A stretch of DNA of 64,000 bases from Desulfatiglandales bacterium (GTDB taxonomy: Bacteria > Desulfobacterota > DSM-4660 > Desulfatiglandales > HGW-15), in the NCBI GenBank assembly GCA_963667015.2, contig CAXXJJ010000001.1:416001-480000 (forward strand), read 5' to 3'. Positions 30,281 through 39,453 of the stretch are shown here, piece by piece. The notes under the pieces are model-generated. The model was given only the letters and a program-made list of their open reading frames with translations. It was not told where the DNA came from and did not search any database. Position numbers and translations under genes: made by a program. How positions within the stretch are numbered: position 1 is the first letter of the stretch; every line of letters starts with the position of its first letter.

Positions 30281-31833
30281 TGGCAGATGTTCATGCGCTG
30301 GATAAATATCAGTTACCGAAGCTGGATGTATTACCTGCTCCGGAAAGATATGATAAATTATTAGATGTTATAGAAAAAGCTGATGAAGAAGGGGCAATTG
30401 CGCCCCTTCCTGAAGCTCAGGAATTTGTGCACAGTGAGGACCTGCTGGAGTCAAGGGTTTTAACTATTCGCACACGTCTTTATCTGATGGGGTATCTTGG
30501 TCGTGATAACAAAAGCAGTAAGATAGATGCAAAACTCAGAGAAGCGATATTGAATTTCCAGGCGGAAGCAGGTCTTAAACAGGACAGTTGGGTTGGACGA
30601 AAAACCTGGACTGCTCTACAGGAGTTAGTAAGTTTTGAACATCCAAGTAATCTGGAAAAATGGTTTAACAACGATGGGGTTTCTCCTGTCTTAGTGCGGG
30701 CGGCAAAACTTCGTCTTTTTGTGCTAGGGTTTCTGCCGAGCAAGCAGTCAAAAGATGAATCAAAATTAAAGGAGGCGCTTAAAAAGTTTTCTCTTGTTTC
30801 CGGTATTTTGAATCTGCATCATGAACCTGTGGCCTCGGATTTATCATTAAAAACTTTAAAAGTACTTTTTGATCAGGACAAAATTGTTAATGCGCTGGCG
30901 GATATGAGTGAAAGTTTTACTGTACGTCTGCCGAATGACATTTCAAAAAAAGAAGCAGTTATGACAGTTAAACGTTTTATCATCTGCTGCGCAAAGGTGG
31001 AACTCTGGTTGTTAGGGCACCAGATTCCTCTTGATGGAAAGGCAAATTTTGAGATTCCAGGACGGTTAAATTGCAATTCTTTAGACTATCCACTCTATCA
31101 CGCCTTATATACATTCTGGCGTGAACAGGGGCAGTCCCGAAATTATGCTGAAAAGCATTCTGAAAAAATAACAGGTTATTTTTTTAAGACTCTTCAGGAT
31201 ATTCAGTCTGAGGGGGAAAACATTGATGACCCAAATCTTAGTGATAAAATTTATCAGGAACTGGTCAAAAAGAGTAATAAGGAAATTACCAGCCAGGTAT
31301 GGAGTCATATAAAATCACTTGGCAGTAGAATCTGGGATGGAATTAAAAGAGTCTGGCGATGGATGAAGTCACTGTTTAGTAAAATAATAAAAAAGGTTTC
31401 TACATGGGCAATTAATACTGCCCGACTGGTATACCAGTATGCGGTAAATGCATTTCCGATAGTAAAGAAATTAGCAAAAATAACAGCCTCAACTTTTTCG
31501 GTATTATTTAACAGGACTTTCCCGGATTCCGATATTAAGCATCTTGTTATCAGCAGAGATTTAGATTTTGATTATAATTTATACTTGAATCCTGCAAGAG
31601 ATCCTAAAAAGGTTTTACAGATTTTAGAAAAATTTTCGAGGCAAACATCTCTTTTTAATAAAGGCGCGCATATCCTTGCCTTCCTGCTTCGTACACTTAT
31701 TTATTTAATAAAAAATGTCGCCGCTGCCGGCGGCTGGTTTGGTTTGATTTTAGCTATTGTTAAAATATATCCAGATCTCAAGAAGCTGGATGATATACTT
31801 GATGAAAAAGAAGCATTTCTTGCGGTGGCATGA
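30280..31833 (+). CDS. Peptidoglycan-binding-domain protein with amphipathic/hydrophobic C-terminus
   Basis: PG_binding_1-like RTRLYLMGYL..LREAILNFQAEAGLKQDSWVGRKTWTAL, two degenerate copies, Trp-periodic amphipathic helix, terminal hydrophobic hairpin. Confidence 0.7.
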   Translation: MADVHALDKYQLPKLDVLPAPERYDKLLDVIEKADEEGAIAPLPEAQEFVHSEDLLESRVLTIRTRLYLMGYLGRDNKSSKIDAKLREAILNFQAEAGLKQDSWVGRKTWTALQELVSFEHPSNLEKWFNNDGVSPVLVRAAKLRLFVLGFLPSKQSKDESKLKEALKKFSLVSGILNLHHEPVASDLSLKTLKVLFDQDKIVNALADMSESFTVRLPNDISKKEAVMTVKRFIICCAKVELWLLGHQIPLDGKANFEIPGRLNCNSLDYPLYHALYTFWREQGQSRNYAEKHSEKITGYFFKTLQDIQSEGENIDDPNLSDKIYQELVKKSNKEITSQVWSHIKSLGSRIWDGIKRVWRWMKSLFSKIIKKVSTWAINTARLVYQYAVNAFPIVKKLAKITASTFSVLFNRTFPDSDIKHLVISRDLDFDYNLYLNPARDPKKVLQILEKFSRQTSLFNKGAHILAFLLRTLIYLIKNVAAAGGWFGLILAIVKIYPDLKKLDDILDEKEAFLAVA

Positions 31834-32028
31834 TAATGCACAATTAATGATGTGAAAGAGCTAATGACCTTAATCCTCCTGTATCAACTTGCAAGGCAAA
31901 TATATAATGAGGCTCTAGGACTAATTTCTTAATTGTAAATATACTTTTTGGGGAACTTGGGGCGAGCTAGGCTAATTCATTGAAATAGCCTTAGTTCTTC
32001 CTTTCAACTTTTTATGCAGGAGTAAAAA

Positions 32029-32511
32029 ATGGCATATGATTGGCAGGAAATCGACTGGAATGACCTTAATTCAAAGATAGGCCCACATTTTAGAGTCCAC
32101 GAAGCATTGTGGCTTCCTTCATGGCGGATTTACCATATCGCCTCAGACGAAGAGAAGGCGAATATCGTCCAAATAACTGATTCTATGGAATTAATAAGGG
32201 ACCTTTTCGGTTCGGCAATTATTATACACTGCTGGATACGTCCATTAAAAGTCAATGCCCCTGACACCCCTCATCACGGAAAAAATTATAACCGGCACAT
32301 CGGATCCAGATCAACTAAATCAGCGCATATATTCGGCAGAGCCGTCGACTTCCACGTCTCAGGTCATTCAGGTCCTGAAGAATGTGCCATGGTGAGACAA
32401 GAGATCCTGCCGCATCTTGAAGAATGGAATATCAGGATGGAAGATATAGAGGGCGGCTGGATTCATATTGATGACTATCCTGTTGTGCATCAGAGATTCT
32501 TTAAACCCTGA
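32029..32511 (+). CDS. Peptidase M15A-family Zn metallopeptidase (D-Ala-D-Ala carboxypeptidase/endolysin-like)
   Basis: PHFRVHE, N..IG, SAHIFGRAVDF (H-x6-D) and WIHID Zn ligands; no signal peptide. Confidence 0.82.
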   Translation: MAYDWQEIDWNDLNSKIGPHFRVHEALWLPSWRIYHIASDEEKANIVQITDSMELIRDLFGSAIIIHCWIRPLKVNAPDTPHHGKNYNRHIGSRSTKSAHIFGRAVDFHVSGHSGPEECAMVRQEILPHLEEWNIRMEDIEGGWIHIDDYPVVHQRFFKP

Positions 32512-32546
32512 CAGTTTAACAGCATTACCTTTAGAACCTTGAATCT

Positions 32547-32614
32547 TTCACCCAGCTAAATCCGCAAAGCGGCATGCGGTGCATCAACACGCTTGGTATT
32601 TGTTTAACCAGGGG
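32547..32614. repeat. Palindromic repeat family copy (TTCACCCAG.TAAATCCGCA..TTTAAC.AGGGG), diverged
   Basis: Shares ends and the TAAATCCGCA core with copies at 33638 and 40862. Confidence 0.55.
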
Positions 32615-32933
32615 CAGACCCCAGTTGTTCATGGCCATGGGGACGTTAAAATAGTTAAAAATTTAAGTTTCATTATTTCTTTTCCGATATAAGCAATATC
32701 TGTTCATTAATATTGAAAACTTGTGTTACAAAAAACTGAGATTCATACTAAATACTGGTCTTCGGGAGGGACAAACGGTTTAGGATATTACTCATGCTGC
32801 AGATTTTTATACTTTTTTGCTCCTTCAAACCCTTATTGGCAATTTCCCTTGGTTGTAGCCTGTCTTCTTACCTTGCAGAAACCAATGCTGAATATACATT
32901 GTTAAATACTAATTGAACTACTGGAGATTTATT

Positions 32934-33371
32934 ATGAAGTGGACGCTGATTTTTCGTGATGATGGGATACTGGAGATAAAGGCATTTGGAAATTTTTCAA
33001 ACATGGATTTAATATTTATGGCCGAACAGATCATTACCGACCCCAGATGGAAACCGGGTATCGATGCTGTGGCGGATTTCAGATTTGTCAGCAGTTACGG
33101 CATAAAGTTGAGCGATCTTTTTTTATCCAGCAATATACATAAACAGTTTGAGAGTATGGCTGGCAAAGGAAGAATTGCCGTGATCCTGAGTGACAAAACG
33201 AGTATGCTCTTAAGCCATGCCTATAAAATAATAGCATTCATGTACATGAAAATTAAATTAAGATCTTTTAACGATTATGACGCGGCTTTCAAGTGGCTTG
33301 CAGGCGAAAAGGATTATACAAGCGTATTGGAAATGAACGAAGAAGTTACCGGACCTTTCAAGTACAATTAA
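32934..33371 (+). CDS. Hypothetical protein, STAS/SpoIIAA-like fold
   Basis: DPRWKPG..VADFR..RIAVI..SFNDYDAAFKWL pattern; ATG 32934 follows GGAG. Confidence 0.6.
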   Translation: MKWTLIFRDDGILEIKAFGNFSNMDLIFMAEQIITDPRWKPGIDAVADFRFVSSYGIKLSDLFLSSNIHKQFESMAGKGRIAVILSDKTSMLLSHAYKIIAFMYMKIKLRSFNDYDAAFKWLAGEKDYTSVLEMNEEVTGPFKYN

Positions 33372-33452
33372 AAAGTCGAAAGGCCGGATTTTGTGGCCGA
33401 GAATGGTAACGCTAGTTGAATCCGGCCTTTCTAAAGGGGATTACCCCTGTAG
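33370..33452 (-). ncRNA. Candidate ~80-nt small RNA
   Basis: Minus-strand TTGACA-17-TATTCT promoter (33485-33457), hairpin AGGGG-TAAT-CCCCT, 13-bp perfect stem (33378-90/33419-31), then a U-run. Confidence 0.4.
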
Positions 33453-33637
33453 TCAAAGAATATGAGGAGAAGCCTCATATGTCAATATAGATATCTTAAA
33501 TATGTGTAAAATTATTGTAAAAGATTTGTAAAGATAAACATAATAAACTGTGGTATCGAATTTTTTTATTTCTATTAAAGTAAAGACACTGCATCTATGG
33601 TTTTCACTGACTTCCGGCTTTTAGTAATCTTGGATAT

Positions 33638-33692
33638 TTCACCCAGTTAAATCCGCATGGCGGGTTGTGAAGCAACATTTAACAGGGGTGAA
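33638..33692. repeat. Palindromic repeat (REP-like), left flank of AT-rich island
   Basis: TTCACCC-A-GTTAAAT..ATTTAAC-A-GGGGTGAA stem; 19-bp core GTTAAATCCGCATGGCGGG identical to 40868-40886. Confidence 0.75.
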
Positions 33693-33778
33693 TTTTGAAT
33701 CAATACCCCTCTAACCGCCTTTCGCCTAAAACGCTTCCCTGGCCCGGCAAAGCCTTGGCGACGACGGGGCAGCTTTTC

Positions 33779-33809
33779 CTGACCTCCGACCTCCGATATC
33801 TGACCTCTG
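33779..33809. repeat. Heptamer tandem repeat (CTGACCT/CCGACCT)
   Basis: ctgacct ccgacct ccgatat ctgacct ctg. Confidence 0.6.
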
Positions 33810-34074
33810 GCTTTTCTTTTCTTGTATTTTTCATAAAAAAGCCTTAAAAATAAATAATTGTATCTTTTCGGGTATAATGAATTCATGCACGTAACCGCCA
33901 TAGCTTTCAAGCGAAGGTGGATTAAAGTCTTTTCAATATTAGCTGCTTTAAAATCATTATTAATTGATAACTGTTTATTGATAATTGTTTCAAACTTATG
34001 AACTTATGGGTGTCCCAATATTCCACCAATATTCCATTATTAGTTCGAACCGTTTATATTCAGAGTGAAGATAA

Positions 34075-34836
34075 ATGAAAAATGAACGTAGAAAATATAC
34101 TCCAGCAGAAGAATTATGTTTAACCACTCAAGTAGATGGAAGGTGTCCTTTGTGTGGATCAAACCTTTTTTACCAAAAAAAATCTAGCTCATATAAGAAC
34201 TATCAATTAGCTCATATCTACCCGCTTAACCCAACGCCTTCTGAGATTGAAGAATTAAAGGATGAAGAATTATTACACGCGGATATAAATCACCCGGATA
34301 ATATATTACCATTGTGTCTTTTATGTCACGGGAAATTCGACAAACCAAGAACTAAGGAAGAATATCGTAAATTAGCATCACTAAAAAAAATATTCTTAAC
34401 ACGTTCGAAGCAACAAGAACTGCATAAATCCTATCAAATTGAGAGTGATGTACTAAAAATTATAGAAGGTTTATATTCAGATGATCCGAAATTGCATGGC
34501 CTTGATCTTGAATATGATCCTAAAAGGTTAAGAGATAAATTTGACAACACTCTCACCCTGCCAACGCAAATGAAAATTAAACATAATGTTGCTGATTATT
34601 ATCGATATATTAAAGCTAAATTTTTAGAAATTGAACAAGAAAACCCAAATTCATCAGTATTAATTTACTCACAGGTTCGCACTTTTTATTTAAAACAAAA
34701 AGGTCTAGCCATCTCACAACAGGAAATATTTTCAAACATTGTGGATTGGTTAAATGAAAAGACCAACCCAGAAACTATAGAAGCTGCTGAGATTGTTACC
34801 TCATTTTTTATTCAAAATTGCGAGGTGTTTGAATGA
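34075..34836 (+). CDS. lmuA: ABC-three-component / Lamassu effector: HNH endonuclease plus C-terminal domain (LmuA-like)
   Basis: CPLCG..AHIYP..NILPLCLLCHGKFD HNH with Zn ligands; C-terminal SFFIQNCEVF; overlaps next gene. Confidence 0.8.
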   Translation: MKNERRKYTPAEELCLTTQVDGRCPLCGSNLFYQKKSSSYKNYQLAHIYPLNPTPSEIEELKDEELLHADINHPDNILPLCLLCHGKFDKPRTKEEYRKLASLKKIFLTRSKQQELHKSYQIESDVLKIIEGLYSDDPKLHGLDLEYDPKRLRDKFDNTLTLPTQMKIKHNVADYYRYIKAKFLEIEQENPNSSVLIYSQVRTFYLKQKGLAISQQEIFSNIVDWLNEKTNPETIEAAEIVTSFFIQNCEVFE

Positions 34837-35057
34837 TTACACCCAATAAAGTTGTGTCCATTGAAAAATCCGCACTAGGTTTAGTTTCAACTATACTAAA
34901 CCAAGGACCTGCGCCTTTGAAACTATTAAATCTTTATCAAAATGTATCAAAAAACTTTGAAAGCATTGACCAATTTTTACTTGCTATAGATCTGCTCTTT
35001 GTTCTTGGACGTATAGAGGTTAACTTTCAGACAGGAGTTATTCATTATGTTGGTTGA
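34833..35057 (+). CDS. lmuC: ABC-three-component middle component (LmuC-like)
   Basis: 74 aa, MITPNK..FLLAIDLLFVLGRIE; lies between effector and ATPase with overlaps on both sides. Confidence 0.78.
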   Translation: MITPNKVVSIEKSALGLVSTILNQGPAPLKLLNLYQNVSKNFESIDQFLLAIDLLFVLGRIEVNFQTGVIHYVG

Positions 35058-36654
35058 AATTCAGTGTGATAAATTTCGAACTCAGAGCATAACATTTCAT
35101 AAAGGACTTAATGCTATTTTAGGCGATGAGAATGCAACCAATTCGATTGGAAAATCTTCTTTATTAATGGTTATCGACTTTGTGTACGGGGGAAAAACTT
35201 TATTGACTTACAATAAAGATATCGTCGAAGAGTTGGGACATCACGATTATTTTATGTCTTTTAAATTCGATGAAGAAATTTATAGGTTTCGACGTGGAAC
35301 GTATGAACCCGATATTGTTTACAAGTGCGGTGTCGATTATACCCCTATTACACCTATCACTATTGAACAATATACAGCTTTTTTAAAAGCCGCATATGAA
35401 ATAAATATAGATGATATATCCTTCCGCTCATTTGTTGGATTATATCTCCGTGTTTGGGGTAAAGAAAACCTTAATGTACGTAAACCACTTCATATCGTCC
35501 AATCAATGTCTGGAAAAAATTGTGTAGATAATCTTATCAAAACTTTTGGTCGTTATAGCACATTAAAAGAATTGACGGGGAATTTGAAAAAGAAAGAAGA
35601 GGAAAATAAATCTTTAAAATCTGCAATTAAAAATCAGATAATACCGAAAATTAATAAGCGACATTACAAGGATAATGAAGAAAAAATTGATCTTCTTGAA
35701 TCTGAGATCAATGATATCAAAGTACATCTAGCAAAATATGCTACAAATATTGCAGAGGTTGTTAACCGAGAGATTCTAGAACTTAAAATTCAAAAAGATG
35801 ATCTCTTGGAAACCAAATTAAAGATCCAAAGTAAGTTATCCCGAATAAAGCGGAACATAAATGAAAATAGGCACATTAAAAGTAAACATTTTGATGGATT
35901 AATACATTTTTTTCCGGAAATAAATAAAGAGAAACTGACAAACATCGAAGAATTTCATAGCAAAGTTTCAAAGCTACTACGAATAGAGCTTCTCGAAACT
36001 GAAAAAGAGATTGAGGATCAATTATCTTTAATCAATGGTGAGCTTTCAGAAATAGACTTTAAAATGGCAAAGTCTTTAACTTCTGTTGATTCGCCTGACC
36101 AAATTATTGATCGTGTATATGATATATCAAAGTCTTTATACACCGCAAAAAACGAAAATACTTATTACAAAAATGAGGACGCATTAAAAAATGATATAAA
36201 AGCATTAAAAGAGGAGCTTTCAAATGAAAAGACAACAGTGATTAATCTATTACAGAAAACTATAAATGATAAAATAAAACGTATTGTCACTGCTGTTTTT
36301 AGTCCTGTCAGAAAAAGTCCTACCATTATGCTTAAAGAATCTAACTATTCTTATGAAGTCTTTGAAGATACTGGTACGGGAACAGCCTATGCTAGTTTGA
36401 TAGTTTTAGATTTGGCTATTTTCGACCTAACAATCATGCCTTTTATTGCTCATGACTCATTGTTGTTTAAAAATATCGAAAATGATTCTGTCGCAGAACT
36501 TTTTAAAGTTTATTCAGGTACTGAAAAGCAATCTTTTGTTGCAATTGATGAAGTAGATAAATATGGAGATAAAACGTCATCATTATTGCGCTCAAATAGT
36601 GTCATTCAATTGGATGATAAAAATGTTTTATATGTAAAAGATTGGCGTAAATAG
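35047..36654 (+). CDS. lmuB: DUF2326-type SMC-like ABC ATPase (LmuB-like)
   Basis: ITFHKGLNAILG..NSIGKSS Walker A, central coiled coil, DTGTGT signature, FIAHDSLLFKNIE Walker B, KQSFVAID. Confidence 0.85.
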   Translation: MLVEIQCDKFRTQSITFHKGLNAILGDENATNSIGKSSLLMVIDFVYGGKTLLTYNKDIVEELGHHDYFMSFKFDEEIYRFRRGTYEPDIVYKCGVDYTPITPITIEQYTAFLKAAYEINIDDISFRSFVGLYLRVWGKENLNVRKPLHIVQSMSGKNCVDNLIKTFGRYSTLKELTGNLKKKEEENKSLKSAIKNQIIPKINKRHYKDNEEKIDLLESEINDIKVHLAKYATNIAEVVNREILELKIQKDDLLETKLKIQSKLSRIKRNINENRHIKSKHFDGLIHFFPEINKEKLTNIEEFHSKVSKLLRIELLETEKEIEDQLSLINGELSEIDFKMAKSLTSVDSPDQIIDRVYDISKSLYTAKNENTYYKNEDALKNDIKALKEELSNEKTTVINLLQKTINDKIKRIVTAVFSPVRKSPTIMLKESNYSYEVFEDTGTGTAYASLIVLDLAIFDLTIMPFIAHDSLLFKNIENDSVAELFKVYSGTEKQSFVAIDEVDKYGDKTSSLLRSNSVIQLDDKNVLYVKDWRK

Positions 36655-36770
36655 AGATAGATATTTGGTGTCGTTAGAAGAAAAATATGAACCTCTAGAA
36701 TAGTGGAGGGGGGCGACCTTAAAAAATAAAATTCACAATTTAGAAAGGTCGATTTTTTATATTATCAAGA

Positions 36771-36895
36771 GTATCAAGTGGGACGGTATCAAGTGGGACT
36801 TCCACAAATAAGTAAATAACTTCCTAAAACACATGACTTATTTACTTTTTTATGGTCGTCCCTGTGAACGTGTATGGTCGTCCCTGTGAACGTGT
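36771..36895. repeat. Two short tandem duplications
   Basis: GTATCAAGTGGGAC twice (36771-36799) and TATGGTCGTCCCTGTGAACGTG twice (36851-36894). Confidence 0.8.
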
Positions 36896-36984
36896 AAAAG
36901 TGAAACCTTAAAAACCATTTCTACTTATTCTCAGGAGTATAAAATGCCATGGGATATTAAAAAACTCATTCAAAAAAAATGTCA

Positions 36985-37057
36985 GGTGTCAGGCCTACAC
37001 AGTTCACATACATATCAACAATAGACTATTCCCTGTCAATTGTGTAGGCCTGACACC
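36985..37057. repeat. Perfect 17-bp inverted repeat (REP/MITE-like)
   Basis: GGTGTCAGGCCTACACA (36985-37001) / TGTGTAGGCCTGACACC (37041-37057). Confidence 0.8.
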
Positions 37058-37108
37058 CTTGTTTTCAGGATATTGGGATTAACCATCGCTTTTGTACGAA
37101 GCGAGTAA

Positions 37109-37188
37109 TACTGAGGAGCCTTGTGCGGGAAAACTGCACGTAGGGAACTGCGAGGGGGCGGTCAGGTAACTGGCCGTTCTACCTTGAT
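37109..37188 (+). mobile_element. Group II intron 3' remnant (domains V-VI)
   Basis: GAGGAGCCTTGTGCGGGAAAACTGCACGTAGGGAACTGCGAGGGGGCGGTCAGGTAACTGGCCGTTCTACCTTGAT: domain V with AGC triad and GAAA-type loop, domain VI with bulged A, AY end. No RT ORF present. Confidence 0.82.
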
Positions 37189-37209
37189 GGTCAAGATAGG
37201 AGGAACTGA

Positions 37210-37815
37210 ATGACATCACAGGGCTATCTTGAAGGAGTAAGAGTTTGTGAAGAATTAGAGAAGACAGGGCAAGATGCTGAATTGATTTTTTGTTTGCAAG
37301 GTCTCAAATCGTCCGAACAAGGTCAGGAGAGATTGTCAAAAGGGGATTTTGATGGCGTATTGAAATACTCTATAGAGGCAGAAAGTATATTCAGCAAAAT
37401 TCCTGAAGCAAAATACCTCTTGGCAATATGTAAGGCTGATATTTCTGCCGCTTATGGCGGACTGAAAAATTATGAACAGGTTGCGCGTTATGCGAAGGAG
37501 GCAATAGCTCTCGTCGAGGGATACGAGATGCTAATCTTCACCGAAGGCACAGCATATATGAATCTTGGGATGGCGCAAGTTCAATTAGATCAAGCTCAAG
37601 CTGCTCTCTCTAGTTTCGAAAAAGCATATAATTTGTTAAAAAAAGCACCAAATGGTACCAGATATCTTGATGCATTAAGAAACAATATCGAAATATTAAA
37701 AGAAACTAAAACTGATTCGGCGCCAGCCTCAAGTGGTTGCATGGTTTCAGTGCTCTTTATATTTGGGGGATTCCTTGGCGGTGCATACCTGTTATCAAGA
37801 ATCTTTGTGGTTTAA
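37210..37815 (+). CDS. TPR-repeat protein with C-terminal TM helix
   Basis: TPR-like AYMNLGMAQVQLDQAQAALSSFEKAY; hydrophobic C-terminus; AGGAGG RBS. Confidence 0.7.
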   Translation: MTSQGYLEGVRVCEELEKTGQDAELIFCLQGLKSSEQGQERLSKGDFDGVLKYSIEAESIFSKIPEAKYLLAICKADISAAYGGLKNYEQVARYAKEAIALVEGYEMLIFTEGTAYMNLGMAQVQLDQAQAALSSFEKAYNLLKKAPNGTRYLDALRNNIEILKETKTDSAPASSGCMVSVLFIFGGFLGGAYLLSRIFVV

Positions 37816-37920
37816 AAGGCCTTAGCTGATGATCGGGGCGCGGTTGCCCCAGACTTATAACCCGAATTGCCCCGCCTGCTACGGGATACAGTTTCAGGTG
37901 CCTATATATAAGGAGATTGC

Positions 37921-39315
37921 ATGATGAAATATAAATCCGATAGTCTTGGTTTTTCCTTTGAACTACCAGAGGGTTGGCACCGCGACGAACACAATCTAAC
38001 ATTAACGTTTTTCGGCCCCAATGGTCGCATCGGCTATATGTCAGAGTTAATACAAGTGCAATTTGGAACTATTCTCCCTCAGTATCATAGTCCATCAAGC
38101 AGAGAAAGGTTTATGGCCGAACCTGGAGCGAAAATCTTCCGGAGTAAACTTGGAGATGAATCAAATGTAGTAGTTCTCAAGAAGCCTACTGATACAGAAA
38201 TTACTGCTGTACACGATGGAGTGCATTACACAATAGCACATTCTAATGACGAAATAACGCAGAAGGCTGTTGAAAGATTGAAAGAATCTTTCAAATTTCC
38301 ATCAGCGGAAGAGGCAATAGAAGCCATTCAACGATCTAGTGTTCCTCAAAAGCAAGCTATCATGCGGGCCTTAAAAGCAGGTCCACCTGAACAAGCCAGA
38401 CGTGAGCTCAGCGAAGCTGGAATGCCACCAGTGGTTGATCGCCCAGGCTACACGATACACCAGGCAGGAACAATAAAACAATCCAATATTCCAAGATCAA
38501 ATACAAAGAATCCCAAATCTTGTGAATCAAAAACGGGTATGTCTGTTAACAACCTGGACTCAATTCACAAAAAAGCAGCAAGAGCAGGAGAGCTATGGAG
38601 AAATAAAGATTATATAGAAGCCCGTATTCTATACCAAGAAATAGAAAATATTATTTCGTTGCCTTTAGATAGGGCGAAAATCATTGGAAATATAGCGCAA
38701 CTCTACGGTGAAGAGGGAAATAAAACGAATGCAATCAACACAGCAAACGCAGCTATACAGATGATTAATGATAATGAACTATACAAAACGCTAGAAGGAA
38801 CTCATTTGCGTGGTTATCTAAACGGGTTTATAAATCGGCAGCAAGGCAAGGGCACTTGGGAGCCTCTACCGTACGATGTGAATATCCCAATTGAATTGAA
38901 TCTGAATGTTTTCGATAGAGTCCGAGCGCATTTTTCGGTAGCCGTAATCTCTGGGGTTATTTTTTCTATTTTAAGCTCAGAATTGAATATTCCCACGATT
39001 GACATATCCTTATTCCATAAAAAAATAATAGTGTTTTCCTTGGCTGGATTTTTGTTCAGCATTTTTTTTACATCTGGAATGTTGCAGCAATCAATAGTAA
39101 CGATAATGGCAATATCCAAAAGAGATGTGAAAAATAGTCTAAAGCCAGCGGTGAACTTGTTGACCGTTATTGCTTTATTGTATCTGATTGTTTTTTCATC
39201 TGCATTCTGGAGTATGGCAAGTGAAATAGTATTTTTTATCCTGACCGGGGTTCTTGGTGTTTGGATGTTTTACGGATTCATATATAGACGCCATTGTAGA
39301 AAGATTGATGAATAG
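37921..39315 (+). CDS. Hypothetical multidomain membrane protein (PsbP-like N-terminus, TPR-like middle, ~4 TM)
   Basis: GFSFELPEGW start, helical repeat region, four hydrophobic segments; AAGGAG RBS; followed directly by an attC-like site. Confidence 0.65.
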   Translation: MMKYKSDSLGFSFELPEGWHRDEHNLTLTFFGPNGRIGYMSELIQVQFGTILPQYHSPSSRERFMAEPGAKIFRSKLGDESNVVVLKKPTDTEITAVHDGVHYTIAHSNDEITQKAVERLKESFKFPSAEEAIEAIQRSSVPQKQAIMRALKAGPPEQARRELSEAGMPPVVDRPGYTIHQAGTIKQSNIPRSNTKNPKSCESKTGMSVNNLDSIHKKAARAGELWRNKDYIEARILYQEIENIISLPLDRAKIIGNIAQLYGEEGNKTNAINTANAAIQMINDNELYKTLEGTHLRGYLNGFINRQQGKGTWEPLPYDVNIPIELNLNVFDRVRAHFSVAVISGVIFSILSSELNIPTIDISLFHKKIIVFSLAGFLFSIFFTSGMLQQSIVTIMAISKRDVKNSLKPAVNLLTVIALLYLIVFSSAFWSMASEIVFFILTGVLGVWMFYGFIYRRHCRKIDE

Positions 39316-39441
39316 ACCTAACATCAGCATCTACAAGGACATGCTATTATTTCGCCGAATCAATCTATAAAGGTTCGCGATTAACTCTAATAATAATCTT
39401 TAAAGGTATGCACCGCATGCCTGTAATGCAGCGCGTTGTGC
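39316..39441 (+). other. Integron attC-like recombination site
   Basis: R'' ACCTAAC immediately after the stop, 5 nt, L'' CAT[C]TACA..GG[A]CATGC pairing with GCATGCCTGTAATG (L'), then R' GTTGTGC; 126 bp. Confidence 0.68.
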
Positions 39442-39453
39442 CCATGAAGACAA

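Noticed and set aside
29671..32511. Prophage
   Set aside because: Apart from an endolysin-like peptidase there are no capsid, tail, terminase or integrase genes.
33391..33420. tRNA-like D-arm sequence (gtggccgagaatggtaacgc)
   Set aside because: No anticodon arm, T-arm (GTTCRA) or full cloverleaf.
33647..33910. 87-aa minus-strand ORF
   Set aside because: Runs through heptamer and palindromic repeats; likely spurious.
36771..36895. Possible CRISPR array
   Set aside because: Only two abutting copies of each unit, no spacers and no cas genes.
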